Positions 9,621-19,161 of a stretch of 64,000 nucleotides of DNA are shown piece by piece (the stretch's first letter is position 1; each line of letters opens with the position of its first letter). The notes under the pieces were generated by a model. That model was given only the letters and a program-made list of their open reading frames with translations, was not told the origin of the DNA and searched no databases. The DNA is from a virus. Location of the stretch: the IMG/VR virus record IMGVR_UViG_3300011113_000492, positions 32,001-96,000 of that record. One strand, 5' to 3'. A program made the translations under genes and the position numbers.

Positions 9621-10871
9621 ATGACTTTCGAAAAAAAGAAAATTGGCTTTGTAGGTATTGGAAAACTGGGTTTAGATTGCGCCGAAGTTATGGCCGAAAA
9701 ACACGACGTCTGGGGCTATGATATTTACCCACGCACCAGTGACACTGTGAAAGTTTGTGATATTAAGGAACTATGCGAAAATGCCGAATGGATTTTTATT
9801 GCTGTTCCTACTCCACATGCAGAAGGATATGATGGCTCAGTGCCATCTAGCCATATGGAACCAAAAGACTTTGGCCATGATGCTGTTATTGATGCAATTA
9901 ACAAAGTTAATCAGTATTCCAATACCAGCAAAAAAGTGGTATTAATTAGCACAGTACTTCCTGGCACTACTCGAAGAAAATTTATTACTCTACTAGACAA
10001 AAAACATCAATTTTTGTATAACCCTTATTTGATTGCCATGGGCAGTGTTAAATGGGATATGGCCAATCCGGAGATGGTTATTATTGGTACCGAAGACGGC
10101 AGTCTTACTGGAGTAGCCGGAGAGTTGATCGACTTGTACAAGACTATGATGCAGAACGATCCCCGTTACGAAGTAGGAACATGGGATGAATGCGAAGCTA
10201 TTAAAATCTTTTATAACACATATATCAGTGCCAAAGTGGGCATTGTGAATATGATTCAAGACTTTGCCATGAAGATTGGCAATATTAATGTGGATGTGGT
10301 CACTAATGCATTGGCCCGTAGTACCATGCGTTTACAAGGACCCAAGTACATGACCGCAGGCATGGGCGATGCTGGTGCTTGCCACCCACGTGACAACATT
10401 GCACTACGTTGGCTTGCTAATCACTATGAAGTTGGATACGATTTGTTTGATACCATCATGCATGCCAGAGAAATTCAAGCAAAGAATTTGGGATTATTTT
10501 TAGTCGAACAATCCAAAGCTACAGGTTTACCTATTGTCATTCATGGTAAAGCATATAAACCGGACGTTGAATACTGCATCGGTTCTTACTCTACCCTAGT
10601 AGGACATTATGTTAAAGAAGCTGGATGTGCAGTATCATATGTAGATCCATTGGCAGATAATAAAGATGAAGTCGTAGCAGAAGTGAATGGACCAGCTGTT
10701 TATCTGTGGGCGCATAATCGTAAAATTACCTATGAATACACAGGCGAACAAGCGGACACAAAACCGTATTGTGTAATCGCTCCTGGCAGTATCATTGTTG
10801 ATCCGTGGCGTAAACTAAGTTCGGCAAACGGTATTACTGTAGTACACTATGGCAATACGCGACATCACTAA
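9621..10871 (+). CDS. ugd: UDP-glucose/GDP-mannose dehydrogenase family
   Basis: IGFVGIGKLG, FIAVPTP, ISTVLPGT, YNPY, CEAIKIFYNTY, GDAGACHPRD, KAYKP; RBS AAGGAA before ATG 9621. Confidence 0.9.
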   Translation: MTFEKKKIGFVGIGKLGLDCAEVMAEKHDVWGYDIYPRTSDTVKVCDIKELCENAEWIFIAVPTPHAEGYDGSVPSSHMEPKDFGHDAVIDAINKVNQYSNTSKKVVLISTVLPGTTRRKFITLLDKKHQFLYNPYLIAMGSVKWDMANPEMVIIGTEDGSLTGVAGELIDLYKTMMQNDPRYEVGTWDECEAIKIFYNTYISAKVGIVNMIQDFAMKIGNINVDVVTNALARSTMRLQGPKYMTAGMGDAGACHPRDNIALRWLANHYEVGYDLFDTIMHAREIQAKNLGLFLVEQSKATGLPIVIHGKAYKPDVEYCIGSYSTLVGHYVKEAGCAVSYVDPLADNKDEVVAEVNGPAVYLWAHNRKITYEYTGEQADTKPYCVIAPGSIIVDPWRKLSSANGITVVHYGNTRHH

Positions 10872-10872
10872 G

Positions 10873-11367
10873 ATGCACCTTGCGAGGTTCTGGGATGAAG
10901 AATACAAAAATTTAAACTATATCCAAGAACCTTTCAATGATTCTGACAGTGTGGCTCAGTGGGTCACCCAGGGATACTCTGGACCTTTTACAGGGTGGAT
11001 GTGTGACATGCGTAATCCCCAACCAAGCTGGAATCAAAAATTTATTGACATTTTTGAAGCTAAAGGTTGGAAAGACATAGGCACTAGTTATTATCGAATG
11101 GATACAGGCACTGTATTGCCCAATCATCGAGATCTTTATAAAAAGTACATTGAATTATTTAATTTGCAAGGTCGCGAATATAATATATATCGCGCTATTG
11201 TTTTTCTAGAAGATTGGGAGTCTGGACATTATGCCGAATATGATAATAATTCATTTGTGGGCTGGCGAGCTGGTGATTGTGTAATGTGGCGTTATGATAC
11301 ACCACACATGGCCGCTAATCTAGGATCATTGCCAAGATATACTCTTCAAATAACAGGTCATCAATGA
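10873..11367 (+). CDS. 2OG-Fe(II) oxygenase-like protein
   Basis: HRD...H(MAAN)...RYTLQITG facial-triad pattern; alternative start 10849. Confidence 0.6.
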   Translation: MHLARFWDEEYKNLNYIQEPFNDSDSVAQWVTQGYSGPFTGWMCDMRNPQPSWNQKFIDIFEAKGWKDIGTSYYRMDTGTVLPNHRDLYKKYIELFNLQGREYNIYRAIVFLEDWESGHYAEYDNNSFVGWRAGDCVMWRYDTPHMAANLGSLPRYTLQITGHQ

Positions 11368-12377
11368 AAATAAACAGTAAAAACGAATACGATAAATTAA
11401 TGTCTTGTGTAGTCGGTGACGCCACTGCTGCCCGCTTTCCTGAATTAGATGAAATCTTTAATTATAATAAAGAAGTAACTAATTGGAAAGAAACACCGTT
11501 ACCTCATGGTAAATTTTCACAGTATATTATAGACGAAGCAAACGAAGATTTACAAATACTTGCAGATACTCTAAAGTCTTCAGGAGTAGATGTATATCGT
11601 CCCACAGACATAGATCATGCACATATTGTCAAAACACACGAATGGGAAACAGATGGTATGTACAATTACTGTCCCAGAGATGTATTGTTAGTTGTCGACG
11701 ATCTAGTTATTGAATGTCCTATGGTTTATAGAAGTCGACAGTTCGAATCGGCCGCGTATTTTAAAATTAAGACAAAAGCTATTCAAGATGATGCACGATG
11801 GATCAGTGCGCCTAGGCCAAGATTGCTGACTCAAGACACTTATGTAATGGATGGAAACATTGTTCTCAGCGAGAGAGAACCTATGTTTGATGCTGCAAAT
11901 ATTCTAAGACATAACAATGACATTTTATATCTTGTTAGTAACAGTGGTAATCGACTTGGAGCAAAATGGTTACAGAATATTTTAGGCAAAAAATATCGAG
12001 TACATATAATCGACAATCTCTACAGTTATGCACACATAGATAGTACAATAAGTATTTTACGTGATGGATTGGTAGTATTGAATGGCAGTAGAGTCAACGA
12101 AACTAATTGTCCAGCACTGTTTAAAGGTTGGGATAAAATATATGTTAATGATGTTGTGCCACAAAATTTTCATCAATATCCTTATGCCAGCAAATGGATA
12201 GCACTTAATATGTTAAGTATAGATCCCAATACTGTTATTGTAGATAAAAATCAAACAAATTTGATTACAGACATAGAAAAAAAAGGAATTACAGTTGTCC
12301 CTTTAGAACTCAGACACAGTAGAACATTGGGCGGCGGATTTCATTGTGTAACGCTAGACTTACATCGTCAGCACTAA
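11364..12377 (+). CDS. Amidinotransferase (glycine/inosamine-phosphate amidinotransferase family)
   Basis: YNYCPRD, MFDAAN, HIDST, RTLGGGFHCVTLD (Asp-His-Cys triad). Confidence 0.9.
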   Translation: MKINSKNEYDKLMSCVVGDATAARFPELDEIFNYNKEVTNWKETPLPHGKFSQYIIDEANEDLQILADTLKSSGVDVYRPTDIDHAHIVKTHEWETDGMYNYCPRDVLLVVDDLVIECPMVYRSRQFESAAYFKIKTKAIQDDARWISAPRPRLLTQDTYVMDGNIVLSEREPMFDAANILRHNNDILYLVSNSGNRLGAKWLQNILGKKYRVHIIDNLYSYAHIDSTISILRDGLVVLNGSRVNETNCPALFKGWDKIYVNDVVPQNFHQYPYASKWIALNMLSIDPNTVIVDKNQTNLITDIEKKGITVVPLELRHSRTLGGGFHCVTLDLHRQH

Positions 12378-12403
12378 ATAAATTATTGAACAATAATAAT
12401 AAT

Positions 12404-13120
12404 ATGAGTCAATTTAATAATTATAGCAATGTAATCTTTGATGCGTTTTGTCTGCATACTAAAAGAAAAGAAATTATCGATCGTAAGCAAGAGATCATTG
12501 ATAGAATATTAGAATTTTACAATTTTGCGGCTGACAGTATTTTATTTGTGGGATTTAATCCTGCTATTTTTTCTAGTAGAGTCAAAGAAATTTTTATTAC
12601 AGAAGTAAGCGATGAAATATTTAATTGGTTACGCAGTCAAGGTATTCTTGTAAATAAATTTGATCAGCCTAGAAAATTTGATATTATTGTAGCATTTGAT
12701 GAATATTTAACCTTTGCGGACAATGAGGATGATCAAAAAAATAAAATTGACTCTCTCTGCAAATTAGCCAATAACTTGGTTATTACAACTATTAAAGATT
12801 ATAAAAATCAAGAATTCAAAGATAGAGAGTATAGTCAGCCTGTAATTATCAAATCTGATAATAAGTTGACAGCATACACTGAAATTCACGACTGGGATAT
12901 GCGCGATAAGAATGTATTTACTACAGCGTTATATCAATTGAGCGGTAAAGAAGCGGTATGCTGTGATATGTTTAACAGACGAACTCTTTATTTTAAACAG
13001 TTGGCTAAATTTTCCTTAGATGCCGGTGCTGACAGTTTTTTAGTGCATAAAAACTTAATGTATAAAAGTTTAATCAAAAAGAATTACGAACACGTTGTAA
13101 GTATTAATTTCGAAAAATAA
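12404..13120 (+). CDS. Hypothetical protein, possibly degenerate class I methyltransferase fold
   Basis: SILFVGF and FDIIVAFDEYLTF resemble MTase motifs; weak. Confidence 0.45.
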   Translation: MSQFNNYSNVIFDAFCLHTKRKEIIDRKQEIIDRILEFYNFAADSILFVGFNPAIFSSRVKEIFITEVSDEIFNWLRSQGILVNKFDQPRKFDIIVAFDEYLTFADNEDDQKNKIDSLCKLANNLVITTIKDYKNQEFKDREYSQPVIIKSDNKLTAYTEIHDWDMRDKNVFTTALYQLSGKEAVCCDMFNRRTLYFKQLAKFSLDAGADSFLVHKNLMYKSLIKKNYEHVVSINFEK

Positions 13121-13124
13121 ATCA

Positions 13125-14423
13125 ATGTTTGACAAAACTTTTTGCTCTAGTCCCTGGTTCCACCTAAAATTAAAATACGACGGCACTTTTGCAGAATGTA
13201 GATGGGGGGATAAAAAATCCAATCATAATTTTACCACAAGTATTGTGCAATTTTACAATAGCAAGCAAATGTCCCATATGAGAACGCAGCTATTAAATGG
13301 AGAGAAACCCGATATTTGTGAAACTTGTTATTATGAGGAAACATTTGGAAAATTAAATGGCAGAATTCGTCAATTGAATAAGAGCGGAATTGATAAAAAT
13401 AATTTTGCATTAACAACAAGAAGTAGTCCGCATTACAGATTATTTGAATACAGTCAAAATAACAATGGGCAAGCAAATTATGAACCAGTCGATTTACAAA
13501 TAGATTTGGGCAACGTTTGTAATAGTGCATGTATTATGTGCGACCCATTTTCAAGTAGCAGATTGACATCGGATTACAATAAACTTAGTAAAACAAACCC
13601 GTTATTTCCTGTACCAACTCCTTATATATCTTGGACTCAGAATCCAACTCGACTAGACCAGTTTGTTAATGAACTTATTGAAATAAAGAATTTGAAATAC
13701 ATTCACTTCCTGGGAGGGGAGACACTATATGATCCTGCATTTTATACAATTTGTGAAAAACTAATAGACGCTGGTATTAGTAAAAATATCACTATTGGCA
13801 CAACAACCAATGGCACAATATATGATGATAGAGTGGTGAGATTAATAAATGAATTCGGCGGGTTTCATTTAGGTATTAGCATAGAAGCAGTTACTCCTAT
13901 CAATGATTATATCAGATATCCTGGCAAGTTAATTGATATTATTCCTAATATAGATAAGTTTTTAGAATTAAGAAAAACAACTAATCTTTTTGTCAGCCTA
14001 CGAATAACTCCTAATATTTTTACAATATACGATATAGATTTATTGATTAGATACATGCTTGAAAATCAAGTTATAGCAGAGAGTTGTAATATATTACAAA
14101 AACCAGCACAGCTCAGAATGGAATTATTGCCAGATGATATAAGACAGGAAATCGTTGCTAAGTTAAAAAAAGTAATAGAAGAGTTTCAATTAGAAAAATA
14201 TAACATAGTAAATGTACGGGTCACTGAATCAATTAAAAAAGTAATATCCGACATTGCTTATGAATATTTGAATTTTTTAGAAACATATTCCTCTCTGACA
14301 AATGAAGAAGAATTAAGACATAAACTAGTTGACTTTATCAAAGGATTTGAATCTCTGAGAGAAAATAGTATTTTAGATTATGCACCACGATATGAAAAAT
14401 TTCTCCGACATTACGGCTATTGA
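13125..14423 (+). CDS. Radical SAM protein with N-terminal Cys-rich (twitch-like) domain
   Basis: CNSACIMC (CxxxCxxC), FLGGETL, TTNGT, N-terminal FCSSPW...C...CETC. Confidence 0.9.
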   Translation: MFDKTFCSSPWFHLKLKYDGTFAECRWGDKKSNHNFTTSIVQFYNSKQMSHMRTQLLNGEKPDICETCYYEETFGKLNGRIRQLNKSGIDKNNFALTTRSSPHYRLFEYSQNNNGQANYEPVDLQIDLGNVCNSACIMCDPFSSSRLTSDYNKLSKTNPLFPVPTPYISWTQNPTRLDQFVNELIEIKNLKYIHFLGGETLYDPAFYTICEKLIDAGISKNITIGTTTNGTIYDDRVVRLINEFGGFHLGISIEAVTPINDYIRYPGKLIDIIPNIDKFLELRKTTNLFVSLRITPNIFTIYDIDLLIRYMLENQVIAESCNILQKPAQLRMELLPDDIRQEIVAKLKKVIEEFQLEKYNIVNVRVTESIKKVISDIAYEYLNFLETYSSLTNEEELRHKLVDFIKGFESLRENSILDYAPRYEKFLRHYGY

Positions 14424-14766
14424 AACTACTCGCGTATTAGATATAAAGTTGGACTATCGTGTTCATGGTAGGTGTATATTTAACATGAGTATAAACGATC
14501 ACCAAATCGAATCTGGTGAATCTATTAAGTTAAATCTGTTTGATAACATACTTCTTAAAATTGAACTACTAGATTTTGATGAAGGCACAAGTGGCGTCGA
14601 AATCGAACACTTTAGTATCAACGAACTAGAAATATTACCAAAATATCAACATCTATCCAATAATAAAAAATGCTATGTCGATAATCTGGGATTATGGTAT
14701 TTCGAAATATCCGCACCATTTTATCCATGGTATCATCGTATTACAGGGCAAGGATGGATTGCTTGA
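14392..14766 (+). CDS. Hypothetical protein
   Basis: ORF overlapping the radical SAM stop, phage-like codon use. Confidence 0.6.
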   Translation: MKNFSDITAIETTRVLDIKLDYRVHGRCIFNMSINDHQIESGESIKLNLFDNILLKIELLDFDEGTSGVEIEHFSINELEILPKYQHLSNNKKCYVDNLGLWYFEISAPFYPWYHRITGQGWIA

Positions 14767-14791
14767 CAGATAAATTAAATGCTGCTATAAT
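14763..14791 (+). promoter_or_regulatory. sigma70-type promoter, leaderless
   Basis: TTGACA-17-(TGC)TATAAT; ATG lies at the expected +1. Confidence 0.8.
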
Positions 14792-14797
14792 TATGGC

Positions 14798-15838
14798 ATG
14801 ACTACCACTATTACCCGACGTATTGGCTTTGCCTGCAAATGGATTGATAATGCCACTCAGATTGACGGCATTAAGGCCAAGGACGACTGTAAAAAGTATA
14901 ATACTGGTACAACTACCATTACTTGGTTAAATAAACAAAGTAAACAGGTTGCTGAAGAAAAGCTTTGGACATTGATGCGCCAGAATATCGAAGCAACAAA
15001 ACTCTTAGTAGAAAAGGTCAGTACACTTGAACCGCATCTTAGAATGGTACGACTCAGCAGTGATATACTGCCTGCTTACACTGAGCCAAGCTGGTCTTGG
15101 TTTTATAGATTACCCGATGTCCGAGCTTACGCAGAAAGACATTTCGGAACCATCGGTGATATTGCTAGGAAGATGGATGTTAGGCTTAGTATGCATCCTG
15201 GTCAGTTTGTGGTTCTGGCTAGTGATAGAGCAGATGTTGTAGATCGTAGCATAGAGGAATTTGAGTATCATGCGGATATGGCGAGATGGATGGGGTATGG
15301 TCAAAGATATCAGGACTTTAAGATCAATGTCCACATTGCCGGTAGAGCCGGTCCCCAAGGTATTCGCGCTGCCCTCAAAAGACTTACCCCCGAAGCAAGA
15401 AACTGCATCACCATCGAAAATGACGAAATCACATGGGGAATCGAAGACAGCCTCGAACTGGTCAACGATCTCGCTTTGGTGCTAGACATCCATCACCATT
15501 GGATTAAAACTGGAGAATACATTGAGAACAATGATGACCGTATTAAAAGGATTATTGATAGCTGGCGTGGTATGCGTCCTGTTATACATTACTCCGTTAG
15601 CCGTGAAGATGTACTTGTCGGCTATCCCGGACACGAACGCCCCTCTCTTGGTCCGTTGATGGAACAGGGCTACAAAAAAGGTAAACTACGAGCACACAGC
15701 GATTTTTACTGGAATGACGCGGTTAATACATGGGCAGTGACTCACAACGAATGGGCAGATATCATGTGCGAAAGTAAAGCCAAAAATTTGGCCAGCTTTG
15801 AACTGGCCAAATATGCTCAACTTAAAAATCTAATTTAG
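14798..15838 (+). CDS. uvsE: UV DNA damage endonuclease
   Basis: RIGFACK, MVRLSSD, RLSMHPGQFVVLAS, NVHIAG, ITIENDE, LVLDIHHH, VIHYS, RAHSD. Confidence 0.92.
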   Translation: MTTTITRRIGFACKWIDNATQIDGIKAKDDCKKYNTGTTTITWLNKQSKQVAEEKLWTLMRQNIEATKLLVEKVSTLEPHLRMVRLSSDILPAYTEPSWSWFYRLPDVRAYAERHFGTIGDIARKMDVRLSMHPGQFVVLASDRADVVDRSIEEFEYHADMARWMGYGQRYQDFKINVHIAGRAGPQGIRAALKRLTPEARNCITIENDEITWGIEDSLELVNDLALVLDIHHHWIKTGEYIENNDDRIKRIIDSWRGMRPVIHYSVSREDVLVGYPGHERPSLGPLMEQGYKKGKLRAHSDFYWNDAVNTWAVTHNEWADIMCESKAKNLASFELAKYAQLKNLI

Positions 15839-16170
15839 ACTGTTTTTTTCTTTACAGTTGTTTTCTTAGCTGGAGCTGCCTTTTTAGCAGGTGCTTTTTT
15901 GGCTGTCACCTTTTTAACAGGTGCTTTTTTAACAGGTTTAACTTCTGCCGCAGGTACTGGATCGACTGCCTTGACTTCAACTGGTGCAGTCATCGGAGCA
16001 GGTTCCGCTTGTGGCGGTTCTACTTTATACGGTGCTTGTTTTTCAACCGCATTATCATTGATGATATCCAATGGATGTTTGTCAGATGATTGATCTTTTT
16101 TGGCATTGTTTGCGTTCCAGGCCCAGTATCCTAGAACAGCCAATACCACTAGTGCTACAATAATTTCCAT
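15835..16170 (-). CDS. Membrane-anchored protein with Lys/Ala/Pro-rich histone-like tail
   Basis: N-terminal TM; KKAPAKKAAPAKK repeats; AAGGAG RBS and TAAATA upstream on the - strand. Confidence 0.75.
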   Translation of the reverse strand: MEIIVALVVLAVLGYWAWNANNAKKDQSSDKHPLDIINDNAVEKQAPYKVEPPQAEPAPMTAPVEVKAVDPVPAAEVKPVKKAPVKKVTAKKAPAKKAAPAKKTTVKKKTV

Positions 16171-16237
16171 TCTTATCTCCTTGCAAGTTATTTGAATGTA
16201 TTATATTTACATCAGTGATCGAACACTAAAAAATATA

Positions 16238-16266
16238 TTGATTTATGTTGCAACCGCACATATAAT
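16238..16266 (+). promoter_or_regulatory. sigma70-type promoter with a TGC-N4-GCA site in its spacer
   Basis: TTGATT-17-TATAAT; ATGTTGCAACCGCACAT at 16245-16261. Confidence 0.6.
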
Positions 16267-16338
16267 TGCTAAATACTTTGTGGGATGCTACATTGGGTGG
16301 GTCCCAAAAGAAGTAAATTTCGTCTTAAGGAGAAAATT

Positions 16339-16608
16339 ATGTTTACATATGACACATTAATCGACACCGTTCAAACCGGTAAAAAACAATTCGTGAATAC
16401 TTTTATTCAAAACGAAGCTGTTAAAAATGCAATGGTTACGTTCATTGATGCACAATCGGACTATACTAAAAAAGCCGCTAAGGTTAGTATGGACACTGCA
16501 ACGGTTCTTACCAGCGAATTCATGAAAGCTTCGCAAGAAGCTATGAAATTCGATTACAGTAAGTTTGGTGAAGGTTTTGGCAAAGCATTTTCTGCTGCCA
16601 AAAAGTAA
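16339..16608 (+). CDS. Phasin-like small helical protein
   Basis: AAGGAG RBS; amphipathic helical Ala/Lys/Thr-rich sequence (FIDAQSDYTKKAAK). Confidence 0.55.
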   Translation: MFTYDTLIDTVQTGKKQFVNTFIQNEAVKNAMVTFIDAQSDYTKKAAKVSMDTATVLTSEFMKASQEAMKFDYSKFGEGFGKAFSAAKK

Positions 16609-16635
16609 TACTCAAGTACTACTTTTAATCCATAA

Positions 16636-16664
16636 AAACCTGCTGTTTTGGCGGGTTTCTTTTT
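16636..16664 (+). terminator. Rho-independent terminator
   Basis: AAACCTGC/GCGGGTTT stem plus T tract. Confidence 0.7.
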
Positions 16665-16708
16665 GGTTGACCAATATTCCCAATTTTGCTATAATAATGG
16701 AATAGTAA
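16661..16708 (+). repeat. Early-promoter cassette, 48 bp copy identical to parts of 32271-32349 and 43188-43266
   Basis: TTTTGGTTGACCAATATTCCCAATTTTGCTATAATAATGGAATAGTAA. Confidence 0.9.
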
Positions 16709-16724
16709 ACAAAACGGAGTAAGA

Positions 16725-16961
16725 ATGATTACCGCAGACAAGCTCGCCCTCCTGACTAATTTCCCTGCATTCATGCTTACTCAACTGATCCAGCAGGCAG
16801 GCTACAAGAAAGATAAGTTCAACACTGCCAAGTTTTTGGGACTTACCAATGGTGGCCAATTCTGCTACAGTGTTACCTACGTCGAGGACGGCGAAGAATG
16901 TAATACCAAAGTATTTCTAAATTATGACTCCGTTGCAGACGCAGTTTCTGCAGATTATTAA
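16725..16961 (+). CDS. Hypothetical early protein
   Basis: GGAG RBS after an early promoter. Confidence 0.75.
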   Translation: MITADKLALLTNFPAFMLTQLIQQAGYKKDKFNTAKFLGLTNGGQFCYSVTYVEDGEECNTKVFLNYDSVADAVSADY

Positions 16962-17018
16962 TATTGTAAAAAAACAACAATAATTTCGGTTGCTCGAAAT
17001 TCCCAATTTTGCTATAAT
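16962..17018 (+). promoter_or_regulatory. Early promoter with imperfect upstream palindrome
   Basis: TATTGTA-aaaa-AACAACA, then TTGCTC-17-TATAAT. Confidence 0.7.
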
Positions 17019-17049
17019 AATGACATCAAGTAACAAAACAGGAGTTGAT

Positions 17050-17406
17050 ATGTCTTACGTATTGTATCACACCAAAGAACGTGGTCGTCCACAAATCCTT
17101 CGTACCTATGCAACTCGCAAGGGTGCGCTGATCGGTATGCGAGCCAGCAACCGCAATGCTGGTTATGACATTCGTTATGCTGTGAAGACCAGCGCCAACG
17201 GCACTTTGGTTGAGACTGCTAGTAAAGTTGGTGTGTTCGCTACACTTCGCGCACCGTACGGTGTTATGGAGTACGAACTGTTCAACACCACTTTTCCTGT
17301 AGGCACCAAGACTGTGAAGAACTTGATGACCGGCAAGGATGTCGAAATCGCTGAAGATACTCCTTGGTGTTGCAATCCTGCATCTGAAACTTATTGGAGC
17401 ATGTAA
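17050..17406 (+). CDS. Hypothetical early protein
   Basis: AGGAG RBS before ATG 17050. Confidence 0.75.
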   Translation: MSYVLYHTKERGRPQILRTYATRKGALIGMRASNRNAGYDIRYAVKTSANGTLVETASKVGVFATLRAPYGVMEYELFNTTFPVGTKTVKNLMTGKDVEIAEDTPWCCNPASETYWSM

Positions 17407-17681
17407 TGTCTCAGTCTGACACTGTTATTCCTGTTATCGATCTTAAATTTTGTGAATACGACAAAACTCGTCGGGTGCTTAAATTGCCCAGTGAATATGT
17501 TGGCATGCCCTTGACATTCTTTGTTCGTAGTCATCACACTGGTAAAGAAGTTAGATTTGTTCCTGTCACTCCCGCTGATGTTTTGTTTGATCAAGATCAA
17601 TGGGATGGCGAACAACAAATTTATCGTCCTTTGGGAAATGTCTCTGGTGTAGATCATATGGTGATTTATCATGCGTACTAA
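17406..17681 (+). CDS. Hypothetical protein
   Basis: TAATG overlap with the upstream gene. Confidence 0.7.
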   Translation: MSQSDTVIPVIDLKFCEYDKTRRVLKLPSEYVGMPLTFFVRSHHTGKEVRFVPVTPADVLFDQDQWDGEQQIYRPLGNVSGVDHMVIYHAY

Positions 17682-17943
17682 AACAATCATTGAAGGCTTT
17701 AAGAACAGCCAAAAATTTCGCTTCATTCTTCAGTCCACTGATGGTGCTGAAGTTGGCATGGTAATTACCATCCAACAGATGAGCGATTGTTTTGCTACAC
17801 GAGATGCTCGTATCGCTGTCTGGACTGCCCTTAATAAACTGGCACTGGATCGCAGTAGGGCAAAATATCTCGGCGAGACTTTGCCCACAGGATTGGTTCG
17901 TCAAGCCGATGGGTTTCATCAAGTTCAAGTTGATCTTCACTAA
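17671..17943 (+). CDS. Hypothetical protein
   Basis: Operon context. Confidence 0.7.
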   Translation: MRTKTIIEGFKNSQKFRFILQSTDGAEVGMVITIQQMSDCFATRDARIAVWTALNKLALDRSRAKYLGETLPTGLVRQADGFHQVQVDLH

Positions 17944-17952
17944 GGAGTTTTT

Positions 17953-18450
17953 ATGAATTGCAGTCCTACTCTTACCGCAGATGAGTTCAAAACCGTTCAC
18001 AATGCAGTCTGTGAATTGGATCACCTTGTGCATCGTCTTGAGGAAGTACTCAAGCCTGAACTGTATATGTCACTGGTCACTGCTCGCAATAACATCCGCA
18101 AAGGGCTCGAAGGAGCTTATAAACAGGATGATGATTCTTTTGAAACAAAGAGCCGTCACTACGACGATGTTAAAGCTCAGTTGGGCATGGACCACAGTGA
18201 GTGGAGCATCTACGAAGTAGACAACATGGCCGATCGCCATCCCTTTGAAGGCGTGGATCGTGTAGTCTATCGCGACCACTGGGGAAACAAGCCTGTGAGT
18301 TGCAGTGTCAATGGCTTGACTTGGGCTGCTCTGTGGATTGCTGCTAACGCCTGTATCAGGGATAGTGGTGACAGTCATCATGTCTATGTCGAACGGTTTA
18401 GTCCCGACAAAGATGATTCGCGTACCCTTATTCTGCAAACTGGTTCGTAA
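17953..18450 (+). CDS. Hypothetical protein
   Basis: TAAGGAG RBS. Confidence 0.8.
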   Translation: MNCSPTLTADEFKTVHNAVCELDHLVHRLEEVLKPELYMSLVTARNNIRKGLEGAYKQDDDSFETKSRHYDDVKAQLGMDHSEWSIYEVDNMADRHPFEGVDRVVYRDHWGNKPVSCSVNGLTWAALWIAANACIRDSGDSHHVYVERFSPDKDDSRTLILQTGS

Positions 18451-18465
18451 TTAAGGAATAATATT

Positions 18466-18690
18466 ATGAACGATTGGGATAGAGATAATCTTAATTTCAT
18501 TATGACGGCCAGCAAACAAGAATTGGCCGCATTCTATGACGAGTGCAACAGCGAAGACTTAAATTATCTATTTAGGCTTGTAAATTGGGAAATAAGCCGA
18601 CTTCGTGTAGCAGAGGTAGAAGAATTTGATCGAGTTGTCGAAATTGACAAAGCGCAATCTATTCTTAAAAAATTTATGCTCAATAAATAA
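18466..18690 (+). CDS. Hypothetical protein
   Basis: AAGGA RBS. Confidence 0.7.
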   Translation: MNDWDRDNLNFIMTASKQELAAFYDECNSEDLNYLFRLVNWEISRLRVAEVEEFDRVVEIDKAQSILKKFMLNK

Positions 18691-18693
18691 TTG

Positions 18694-19161
18694 ATGAATT
18701 TAGTTTTCATTAGTCACAATCTCAAAGATCCAGAGGCATGGAGATTAGCTCTTGGAGTAGAAAAGTTAATTCATTTTAATAATCCAGATAAGCTAAAAGG
18801 GTTTGCCGAAATATCATTAATGGTGGATGAGCTAATATATGAAGGAAAATACCCTGTAGATTGGGTATTATATTGCAACAACGAAAAAGGTATTAAATGG
18901 AACGAATTTCTTTCGATAGAATCATACATCGATGACAGGTCTGACACATTGTTTTTAACTCAGACTCGTATACAAGGAAAAGCGAAAAATCCAGTGCCCG
19001 ATCTGTTAGGAAATTTTTATTGTAAACCGCATGTTTTTACATTGTTAGGTAGTCTGTATAAGGTACAAGCTGATATGATTAAAGATACTAGATCAGACTT
19101 AGAATCTACAAAAATTTTATTTGGATTGACTCGGGCAGGATTTAATATTAAATTAATATGA
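18694..19161 (+). CDS. Hypothetical protein
   Basis: TAAATA 4 nt before ATG. Confidence 0.7.
   Translation: MNLVFISHNLKDPEAWRLALGVEKLIHFNNPDKLKGFAEISLMVDELIYEGKYPVDWVLYCNNEKGIKWNEFLSIESYIDDRSDTLFLTQTRIQGKAKNPVPDLLGNFYCKPHVFTLLGSLYKVQADMIKDTRSDLESTKILFGLTRAGFNIKLI

Noticed and set aside
11364-12377. Amidinotransferase as part of a 7-deazaguanine (dG+) DNA modification pathway
   Set aside because: It is the Asp-His-Cys family, not ArcS, QueF-like or Gat-QueC, and no folE/queD/queE/queC/dpdA genes are in the window.
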